Shown here: piece after piece, positions 9,878 to 16,907 of the stretch | How the letters are laid out: the number at the start of each line of letters is the position of its first letter | Position numbering within the stretch: the stretch's first letter is position 1 | Source: a virus | Taxonomy: Duplodnaviria; Caudoviricetes | Virus record (IMG/VR): IMGVR_UViG_3300025018_000180 | Location: 1-56,189 of that record | Length of the DNA: 56,189 nucleotides | Reading direction: 5' to 3' (one strand) | Translations under genes and position numbers: made by a program | Notes under the pieces: generated by a model | The model's input: the letters and a program-made list of their open reading frames with translations, nothing else | Told to the model about the DNA's origin: nothing | Databases searched by the model: none

Positions 9878-9952
9878 TGGCAGAGATAGCGGGAATTGAA
9901 CCCGCAGCAGGGCATAGACAGTGCCCGATGTTAACCATTACACCATACCTCT
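9878..9952 (-). tRNA. tRNA-Asp(GTC), CCA encoded
   Basis: AGAGGTA/TATCTCT-G-CCA, GGGCA-CTGTCTA-TGCCC, GCGGG-TTCAATT-CCCGC. Confidence 0.9.
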
Positions 9953-9977
9953 AAATTACTGATAATCAATCAGTTAG

Positions 9978-10051
9978 CACTCCCCGTAAGATTCGAACTC
10001 ACATTTCTAAGGTTGGAACTTAGCGTGTTAAACCATTGTCACTAGAGAAGT
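9978..10051 (-). tRNA. tRNA-Trp(CCA)
   Basis: ACTTCTC/GGGGAGT-G, CTAAG-TTCCAAC-CTTAG, GTGAG-TTCGAAT-CTTAC. Confidence 0.85.
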
Positions 10052-10121
10052 GTATATAACGTTGATTACTCGGTTCAACGTTAAAAACCTTTTTAAAATA
10101 CTTACCAAAGGTAAATATCAG

Positions 10122-10192
10122 TAGGGGATAAAGGAATCGAACCTTTGCTCTTGATATGTAACACCAGTGCGCTACCATTACACCAATCCCCC
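10122..10192 (-). tRNA. tRNA-Val(TAC)
   Basis: GGGGGAT/ATCCCCT-A, anticodon loop GTTACAT on a weak stem, AAAGG-TTCGATT-CCTTT. Confidence 0.8.
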
Positions 10193-10252
10193 ATATTTGG
10201 TGAAGGATTTTACCTTCGTTACTGAATATCTACTACAGATTTTCACCTAAAG

Positions 10253-10324
10253 TAGGGGCGATGGGAGTTGAACCCACGATACACATCTTATGAGAATGCT
10301 GCCTTACCACTTGGCTACGCCCCG
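10253..10324 (-). tRNA. tRNA with CAT anticodon (Met or Ile2)
   Basis: CGGGGCG/CGCCCCT-A (C1xU72), GCATT-CTCATAA-GATGT, GTGGG-TTCAACT-CCCAT. Confidence 0.8.
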
Positions 10325-10338
10325 ATATAATATTTTAG

Positions 10339-10416
10339 CACAGGGTGGTAGATTCGAACTACCTTGCAATTGGGGGCGAACCCAATCACGTCCAATGTGT
10401 ACACTTCAAACCCTGT
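10339..10416 (-). tRNA. Atypical tRNA-like gene (anticodon CGC or TCG, ambiguous)
   Basis: Perfect acceptor ACAGGGT/ACCCTGT and T arm GGTAG-TTCGAAT-CTACC. Aberrant D region. ATTGG-GTTCGCCC-CCAAT gives a 6- or 8-nt loop. Confidence 0.55.
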
Positions 10417-10421
10417 ATATG

Positions 10422-10495
10422 TGGAGTAGGTGAGTCTTGAACTCACAACCAAAAAGGTGCAAACCTTCTGTACGAGCCACTTGTTTATCTACCCC
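10422..10495 (-). tRNA. Atypical tRNA-Ala(TGC)
   Basis: GGGGTAG/CTACTCC-A with the G3:U70 Ala determinant, GAAGG-TTTGCA-CCTTT (6-nt loop), T loop TTCAAGA. Confidence 0.65.
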
Positions 10496-10524
10496 ATTTT
10501 TAATAAAAATATTTCAAATAACTT

Positions 10525-10598
10525 TGTTAAACTCTTAGTTAACCTTCGTTAAGGTTATGCAACGGTTACCACGTGCAGGTGGTTTAACATTAACCGTC
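10525..10598 (-). ncRNA. HDV-like self-cleaving (theta-type) ribozyme fused to the tRNA-Glu 3' end
   Basis: P1 GACGGTT/AACCGTT (G1:U), P2 TGTTAAAC/GTTTAACA, P3 ACC-TGCACGT-GGT, P1.1 GC/GC, P4 TAACCTT-AACG-AAGGTTA, J4/2 ACTAA. Confidence 0.85.
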
Positions 10599-10673
10599 TA
10601 CTCCCGATGGGATTCGAACCCACAATGACCGCAGTGAAAGTGCGGTGGCTTATTCCAATTTGCCAACAGGAGC
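10599..10673 (-). tRNA. tRNA-Glu(TTC)
   Basis: GCTCCTG/CGGGAGT-A, CCGCA-CTTTCAC-TGCGG, GTGGG-TTCGAAT-CCCAT. Confidence 0.9.
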
Positions 10674-10768
10674 GTGTAGTACTTTTTCTATCACTGCTAC
10701 CTGTTCATAAAATCTATTTCTTACTAAATTCTTCATTTTTTATTTTATTTAAATTTTCATTTTTTTAG

Positions 10769-10853
10769 TACCTCTGGCGAGACTCGAACTCGCAATCCTC
10801 AAAGGGCAACAAGGTTTAAACTTGTTATGTATCTCCAATTCCACCACAGAGGC
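10769..10853 (-). tRNA. tRNA-Leu(TAA)
   Basis: GCCTCTG/CAGAGGT-A, ACAAG-TTTAAAC-CTTGT, long variable arm, GCGAG-TTCGAGT-CTCGC. Confidence 0.9.
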
Positions 10854-10897
10854 ATATTAAATCACTCTCTGTGTCTTGTAATCGTTCACTATTAATA

Positions 10898-11035
10898 TTA
10901 TTTCTTTTCATTTTTCAATTTATTTTTTATTTCAAATCTAACCGCTTTCTTTCTTGCTTTATCATTACCTCTTATTTCAGAGTATAAACATTTACGGTCA
11001 TCAATTCTATCTGTTCTATTAGTATATGCTTTCAT
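10898..11035 (-). CDS. Small basic hypothetical protein (45 aa)
   Basis: MKAYTNRTDRIDDRKCLYSEIRGNDKARKKAVRFEIKNKLKNEKK with an A-rich start context. First ORF after the attenuator. Confidence 0.45.
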   Translation of the reverse strand: MKAYTNRTDRIDDRKCLYSEIRGNDKARKKAVRFEIKNKLKNEKK

Positions 11036-11052
11036 TTTATTAATTTTTAACC

Positions 11053-11083
11053 AAAAAAAAACCCGACTGTTTAGGTCGGGTTT
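11053..11083 (-). terminator. Intrinsic terminator (attenuator) upstream of the tRNA array
   Basis: AAACCCGAC-CTAAACA-GTCGGG followed by nine T on the minus strand. Confidence 0.85.
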
Positions 11084-11133
11084 AAATATTTTTTAGTTAT
11101 TTGTTTAACTAATTATAATATCTTTTACCCGAC
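11075..11133 (-). promoter_or_regulatory. Antiterminator hairpin
   Basis: A second GTCGGGT (11133-11127) can pair with the terminator 5' arm ACCCGAC (11081-11075). Inner helices are GATATT/AATATT and TAGTTA/TAACTA. Confidence 0.75.
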
Positions 11134-11212
11134 AAGGAATCCATTCCACATCCATATCCAACCATAACATGGCTGCTGCTTCTACTGCTAATATGTCGAT
11201 TAAATTTCTCAT
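11105..11212 (-). CDS. Putative attenuator leader peptide (35 aa)
   Basis: MRNLIDILAVEAAAMLWLDMDVEWIPCRVKDIIIS*. AAAAAATG start, and the stop lies inside the antiterminator. Confidence 0.7.
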   Translation of the reverse strand: MRNLIDILAVEAAAMLWLDMDVEWIPCRVKDIIIS

Positions 11213-11249
11213 TTTTTAATATTATATTTTTGTTTTTCTTAATTCTTTA

Positions 11250-11281
11250 CAAAACTAATATAAGTTTTTCATAAATACAAG
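11250..11281 (-). promoter_or_regulatory. Candidate promoter for the leader/tRNA operon
   Basis: Bacteroidota-type -7 box TAGTTTTG (11257-11250), with the phage motif GTATTTATG (11278-11270) upstream. Confidence 0.5.
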
Positions 11282-11304
11282 TGTTTTTAAAAAAAACCTT
11301 TAAA

Positions 11305-11742
11305 TTAGATAAATAATTTTCTTTTTTCATTATCTATATTATTATACGTAGATTTATTGTTAAGGTTACGTTGGTTATTCTTTTTATTTTCTACATTAAT
11401 CAAACCACCTAATTGAAACAATCCAATTGTATAATATGGGACACTAACACAGTACACTGTTTTAGTGTCTAAGGTTAAGATTCCAACATCATAATATTCA
11501 TATCTACTTACTGAATCAGCATGAATAAATGCTTTATATGTTTCAGGTACACCATGTTTCCAAATTACCATACCTGCTGGTACACGATATAAATCAAATT
11601 TCTCTTTATATATATACGTGTTTTTTTCTTGAACTTTATTTTTAACGGGGTTATAAATAGTTACAAATATTACCACTAAACTGAATAGCGTTATTGCTAT
11701 TGTATGTTTATTTCTCTTAAACCACTCTATCGTTTTTTCCAT
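11305..11742 (-). CDS. Hypothetical protein with N-terminal membrane anchor
   Basis: 145 aa with hydrophobic IAITLFSLVVIFVTIY. Confidence 0.6.
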   Translation of the reverse strand: MEKTIEWFKRNKHTIAITLFSLVVIFVTIYNPVKNKVQEKNTYIYKEKFDLYRVPAGMVIWKHGVPETYKAFIHADSVSRYEYYDVGILTLDTKTVYCVSVPYYTIGLFQLGGLINVENKKNNQRNLNNKSTYNNIDNEKRKLFI

Positions 11743-11907
11743 ATTAATTTAATACTTATTTTAAATCAATTATATATTTAAACCCACTAAAAACACCATA
11801 TCCTATCCAAAAAATGACTGATTGATTAATTTCACCAAGATAAAATAATTCACATAAAGTAATTATAGTTAATCCTACTATTGTTATATTTATATTTTTT
11901 ATATTAA

Positions 11908-12285
11908 TTAGAATTTAAATGGGCAATCACTACCATTATAATATAATAATGTAAAACTTTTTAATTCATTTTCAAAATAAAGATTACATAAATATTTTAT
12001 ATTTGAATATGCGTTTTTCATATCCAACAATGATATATAAATTTCTATATCATGTGCATCATATTCATAATGAGTTAAAAATATCAATCCATAATCACCA
12101 TTAACATCCATATGTGGTTTCCATGTATTTAAATATTTTTCATTATCATATAAAATTTCTTCCCATTCATACATATCGTTCCAAGAATATCCTATTTTTT
12201 CAGATATTTTCATTAACGATTTCTCGTTCTGTTGATTATCATTTAATTTAATTGAAAATCCTGCTATTCCTACAGTTGTGCTCAT
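11908..12285 (-). CDS. Hypothetical protein
   Basis: 125 aa, coupled to the upstream ORF. Confidence 0.6.
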   Translation of the reverse strand: MSTTVGIAGFSIKLNDNQQNEKSLMKISEKIGYSWNDMYEWEEILYDNEKYLNTWKPHMDVNGDYGLIFLTHYEYDAHDIEIYISLLDMKNAYSNIKYLCNLYFENELKSFTLLYYNGSDCPFKF

Positions 12286-12572
12286 TATTCAATTATTAAA
12301 GTTTTGGCTATATTTAAACCGTCTTTGGTTATTTCATAAAAAACATCGAAGGATTCTTCATCTTCTTTCAATAAACCCATTACAACAAGTTCATCACAGA
12401 CTTTCCATGAAAGTGAATTACCATCTACATCTTCATATATGTTTGGGTCACGGTTTTCGAATTCAGCACAACCATCATTAAGTACTATTTGTTGTAATAC
12501 TTGTTTGTGTTCATCAGTAAATTTGTATGTGACACAAAGATTATTATTAATAATGTCTACAGTTTTTTTCAT
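12285..12572 (-). CDS. Hypothetical protein, winged-helix-like C-terminus
   Basis: ELVVMGLL...YEITKDG pattern. Confidence 0.55.
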   Translation of the reverse strand: MKKTVDIINNNLCVTYKFTDEHKQVLQQIVLNDGCAEFENRDPNIYEDVDGNSLSWKVCDELVVMGLLKEDEESFDVFYEITKDGLNIAKTLIIE

Positions 12573-12604
12573 TTATTTATGTTTTTTATATTATATTTAA
12601 TTAA

Positions 12605-12760
12605 CTAAAAATGTGTTGAACATGCATCGTCAAACCAAAATATAGTATTTTTTGGTTTTGGTGTGTCATAAACACGATACCTATATTTATGTTCTCTTCC
12701 GCAAAGAACACATGCATAAATATCAGTTCTATACCAATATTTTTGTTTCTTACTATTCAT
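12605..12760 (-). CDS. Small Zn-binding-like protein (51 aa; not in ORF track)
   Basis: MNSKKQKYWYRTDIYACVLCGREHKYRYRVY...DACSTHF. The start overlaps the upstream stop. Confidence 0.45.
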   Translation of the reverse strand: MNSKKQKYWYRTDIYACVLCGREHKYRYRVYDTPKPKNTIFWFDDACSTHF

Positions 12761-13187
12761 TTTCTTTATGTTTTTTAAAATTTTCTAATAAAAAATTAAT
12801 ATTATCTCTACCAACAGGATTCATTGAATGACAAACCCAATCAGGCAAATCTAAATCATTTTCAACACAGAAATTAACTAACCATTTTGCACATTCATAA
12901 CCATTTTTTTCTTTAAAATCTTGGGTTTTCTCCCATTCGACATAATTATCCCAATTACTATTTGGAAAATAATGACTATCACTTAAATCATGGTCGAATG
13001 CTATTAATTCTGGGAAATATTGATGTTTCTCCCAATTTGATTTAATATATTTAACAAACTGATTATAATTACGAGCTATTTTCCAATCACTAACAAGAAA
13101 CGGAGTATACCTAGTATACTCATAGGCACTGTAAGGTGTTCTTAAATCATCTAAGAATAATTTATATGTTTTTTTGACGTTCTGCAT
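12753..13187 (-). CDS. Cyclic-phosphate-processing receiver-domain protein
   Basis: LFLDDLRTP, FDHDL, GYECAKWL and HSMNPVG motifs. Confidence 0.8.
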   Translation of the reverse strand: MQNVKKTYKLFLDDLRTPYSAYEYTRYTPFLVSDWKIARNYNQFVKYIKSNWEKHQYFPELIAFDHDLSDSHYFPNSNWDNYVEWEKTQDFKEKNGYECAKWLVNFCVENDLDLPDWVCHSMNPVGRDNINFLLENFKKHKENE

Positions 13188-13665
13188 AATCTGAATATTT
13201 TTTTATAAAATTTTCTATCTCTGTTGCATTATGATAGATGATGATTCTTCTTAGTACCGAATACATATACGTATTTTCAGCTTTAAGGTTACATTCCTGC
13301 CATTCTGGTTTTACAACTACAGTGCATCTACCCTTTTCAGACACGTAAATCAATCCCCACTTATTTGGTAATTCATTTTCTTTAATTAAACCAGTTGGGC
13401 AGGCATAGAATCTCCAATTACCCATGCCCAATTCAGGGCATTTTCTAAAATGTTTTTTTTTATCACATAAAAAATCACTTCTACTTGCTTTAGCCTCTAT
13501 TAATGCTGAACCACCTGATTGAAAACCCAATACGTCAGGTGTTTCTACGTTTGCTGTCCTTAAATCACCAAATGTAACACCACATTTCCATCTTGTGCCT
13601 GCTCTCTTTAAGACCTTTCTACTGTATTCAATTATTTTGCTGTGTGTTAGTCCATTTACAGCCAC
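13162..13665 (-). CDS. MmcB-like PD-(D/E)XK nuclease-fold protein
   Basis: ETPDVLGF...LIEAKASRSDFLCDKKK...ELPNKWGLI. Confidence 0.65.
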   Translation of the reverse strand: MAVNGLTHSKIIEYSRKVLKRAGTRWKCGVTFGDLRTANVETPDVLGFQSGGSALIEAKASRSDFLCDKKKHFRKCPELGMGNWRFYACPTGLIKENELPNKWGLIYVSEKGRCTVVVKPEWQECNLKAENTYMYSVLRRIIIYHNATEIENFIKKYSDYAERQKNI

Positions 13666-13692
13666 ATGTTCCTTCTTACCGTTCGAAAAAAT

Positions 13693-15024
13693 CTAAGAAA
13701 ATCTATGACTCTCTTTAATTCCTTCTTCTTGTTTCGTCCTATCACTACTTTTTAGTCCCTCATTTCTGAGTCTGTCATCCATAGGAGGATAGTCCACAAG
13801 CGTAAATTCGGGATAACGTGTCCCTATTTGTTTATTTAATATTCTTCGTCCTTCATTCTCTATGTTAGTGGCTGCATTGAAATCTCGGTTATGTACTGTG
13901 CCACATACGAGACAAGTCCATTCTCTTTCTTTCAATGATAAGTTTTTATACTTATAACCACAACAGTTACACAGTTTGCTTGAAGGAAACCATCTGTCTA
14001 TTATAATCAAATTTCTACCATACCATTCAGATTTATATTTTAATTGTCTAAATGTTTCATTAATACTTAGGTCTTGAATTGACTTCGATAGTTTATGGTT
14101 TTTCAACATACCGTTAATATTTAAATCCTCAATAACTATCGTTTGGTTCTCACGAACTAATTGAGTCGTAATATTATGTATGTAATTAATCTTTATATTA
14201 TTTAATTTTTCTTGAAATTTCGCAAGTTTAATTCTCGATTTCTCCCCATTATTTGATAATTTAGTTACTTCAACATCCTTATTCCATTTTTTACTAAAAA
14301 CAAATTCACCCGTCTTAACTCTTTGTTTTTTACTTAATTGTCGATTTAACTTAACTAACGTTTTTTCATTTTTACCTCTAAGTTTTAAGTTGTCAAATAC
14401 TTGACCATTGGAACAAACCATAAAATCTTTAATTCCAATGTCAACACCCAATATATCATTAATGGGAGCGGGTTGTTCATTAATAAAATTTTCAATTAAA
14501 ATTGCCAAAAAATATTTATCGGATTTCGTTCTACTTATTGTTGCTGATTTGATTTTATCCTTATGATTTGCAAGATAGTTTTTATCTCTTTCAGAGCATT
14601 CAAATCTAATATTTTTTAATGGCTTGCCTAATGTAATTTTGTTGTTTGAGTATGTGTTTTGTTTTGAAATTGCTTCTAATGGAAATCTTGCTGATTGATT
14701 AGTGTCATGTTTTGATTTATATTTAGGAAAACCGTTACCATTAACAAAGAATCGTTTATATGCCTCGGTTAAATTTATAATTGTTTGTTTTAAAACTTTG
14801 GTGTTGTGTTCGTTAAGATATTTAAACTCCTCTTTTTTTGTTAAATCGTTGTGGAAATAATTACCAAGTTCTTTCAGTCCGAGACTTGTTTTATCTAAGT
14901 TATATGCGTTTATTTTCTTTTCCAGACACATATTATAAACTTTACGATAAGAACCACAAAGTCGATTGATATAATTACTTTGGGTTTTATCTGGGTAAAG
15001 TCTTATTTTAACTGCTTTTAACAT
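13693..15024 (-). mobile_element. tnpB: IS200/IS605-family RNA-guided endonuclease TnpB, no transposase nearby
   Basis: N-terminal KIRLYP HTH, RuvC motifs GVDIGIK / IEDL / NRDFNAA, Zn finger SKLCNCCG...WTCLVCG. Confidence 0.92.
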
Positions 15025-15132
15025 TGATTAAATTTAGGGTGTATATTTCACCCAATTATAAATACGTTTAATATCTCGAAAAGATATGTGTTTTTAAATA
15101 TTTTTTTAAAACATAATATTATGTATATTTTC

Positions 15133-15786
15133 TTAGTTTTTCTCAGAATTTAATGAACTATCATATACCCCCAATACATCTACAACATCAAATCCTAATT
15201 GTTGTGCAATAATTCCCAACGTTTCAGAACTCATTTCACCTTTTCTAATATAATTAGTGAACATATTAAAATATTTATCAACAGTCTCTTCTGGAATACC
15301 TGCTTTCATTAATGAATTTTTCACTACATCTGCTTTAATACCTCTAAATCTTTCACCGTATGCTAGTATTTTCAATACCTTTCCACTATCATCAATAGTT
15401 GTTTGAATGATAGAAGGGTCTGCATTTTGATAGTCAAATGCTCTACTATCGTCAGCATATGTATTTGCAACAGAACGTTTATCAGTAAAAAATATTGGTT
15501 TTTTGTATTTTACTTTCTTATTTAAATCACCTACTTGATTAAGTGCTGACATATAAAGATTATCATCGCCATTTTCTCTGGCTTGTTTCATTTGTTTTTG
15601 AAGTTCAAAATATTTTTGTGGGTTGGAGACATAATCGGCTATACCTGTTTTTTCTGTAAACGAACCTATTTTCATTAATTCTCTATTATCTGGTGTACCA
15701 TGATACCAATAATCATTTGATTCATCTATATTATTATATACCTCTTCTTTTATAATATTAAACAATTCACCCATTTCAATTTTCAT
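15133..15786 (-). CDS. ADP-ribosyltransferase-fold-like protein, possibly 3' truncated
   Basis: WYHGT...IFFTD...VANTYA motifs. Confidence 0.5.
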   Translation of the reverse strand: MKIEMGELFNIIKEEVYNNIDESNDYWYHGTPDNRELMKIGSFTEKTGIADYVSNPQKYFELQKQMKQARENGDDNLYMSALNQVGDLNKKVKYKKPIFFTDKRSVANTYADDSRAFDYQNADPSIIQTTIDDSGKVLKILAYGERFRGIKADVVKNSLMKAGIPEETVDKYFNMFTNYIRKGEMSSETLGIIAQQLGFDVVDVLGVYDSSLNSEKN

Positions 15787-15797
15787 TATAAATACTG

Positions 15798-15977
15798 TTA
15801 TTCTTTTGTTAATTTATATGTTTTACCACATTTAGTGCAAGTAACTTCTTTTGTTATAGTATTTAAACTATGGACAGTTGTAACAGTATCACAAATATCA
15901 GATAGTTGTTCTTTATAATTTTTCCTACATTCTCTACTGTCACAAGATTGTGTAAATTGATTAAATTTTTCTTTCAT
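15798..15977 (-). CDS. Small Cys-rich protein (59 aa; not in ORF track)
   Basis: MKEKFNQFTQSCDSREC...VTCTKCGKTYKLTKE. Confidence 0.45.
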   Translation of the reverse strand: MKEKFNQFTQSCDSRECRKNYKEQLSDICDTVTTVHSLNTITKEVTCTKCGKTYKLTKE

Positions 15978-16059
15978 ATTTTTTTATTAAAATAATTATA
16001 TATACTAAAATAGTATTTATTATATATAATTAAATAGTATTTATTATAAAGTCTTCATT

Positions 16060-16494
16060 ATGATTGAGAAGTTACAAATATTAGACGAAATTAATAAAAA
16101 AATAATTGATATCCAAAATAAATATTTTATTAAAATTTATTTAGATGGTGGATTATCATTTGATTTTGATATTCCAAATGATGAATTTAAATGGATTGAG
16201 AATAATAATTTAGGTGAGGGTACTTTATACAAAAAGATTAAATTAGAAAATGTTGAGGATGATTCATTAAATAACATACTTTTATTTTATGGTAAAAAGG
16301 GAGGTAATATAAAAAACCATAACCACGAAGAATCACAATTAATAATTTGTGTAGAAGGGTATGTAAAATTTATTGTTGACGATACTGAATATAATATTAG
16401 AAAAGGAGAGTCTTTAAATATCAATTCATATCAATGGCATAGTATTGATTTTATTGAAGCGTCCAAACTTATCATTATTTATAAATCTAAGTGA
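16060..16494 (+). CDS. Cupin-domain protein
   Basis: HNHEESQLIICVEG...GESLNINSYQWHSI cupin metal-binding motifs. Confidence 0.8.
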   Translation: MIEKLQILDEINKKIIDIQNKYFIKIYLDGGLSFDFDIPNDEFKWIENNNLGEGTLYKKIKLENVEDDSLNNILLFYGKKGGNIKNHNHEESQLIICVEGYVKFIVDDTEYNIRKGESLNINSYQWHSIDFIEASKLIIIYKSK

Positions 16495-16497
16495 TGA

Positions 16498-16728
16498 TTA
16501 TATCCAGAAATTTTTTAGGCAGCTTGATTTAGGACTTCTTACTTTTGCTGGCATATAACAATGACAAACATTACAAAAAAATCTATCAGACAATAGTTTA
16601 CAATTCAAACAAACTTTCAATCTATTCTTCGCTTGTTCCTCAACTTCTTTATTTGGGAAAATATAATTCTTCCATCCAATTATTATTTCTTCTAATTTAC
16701 CCGCAGTAACCATCTTTTCTTCCACCAT
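16498..16728 (-). CDS. Small Cys-rich protein
   Basis: RLKVCLNC...CNVCHCYMPAK...C....W. Confidence 0.65.
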   Translation of the reverse strand: MVEEKMVTAGKLEEIIIGWKNYIFPNKEVEEQAKNRLKVCLNCKLLSDRFFCNVCHCYMPAKVRSPKSSCLKNFWI

Positions 16729-16907
16729 TTAATCTTCCAAAAGCAGATTCCAATACAAATGCAGCATCTTCAATACATATGTTATATGTTTTTGATATTT
16801 TTTCTAGAATTTGATTTATAATTTCTTTATTATCAAGTAAAACTTTATCTGGGGAAATAATTCTATGTCCCATATTTGTTTCATGTACTCTTTTTTTTGT
16901 TATCATA
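16697..16907 (-). CDS. Hypothetical protein (probable start MITKK)
   Basis: Fills the gap between co-oriented genes. The ATG abuts the upstream stop. Confidence 0.45.

Noticed and set aside
13666-13695. In-frame TAG between tnpB and the next gene as a sign of stop-codon recoding
   Set aside because: Long genes are open in the standard code, TAG ends other genes normally (24422, 34174), and there is no suppressor tRNA in the window.
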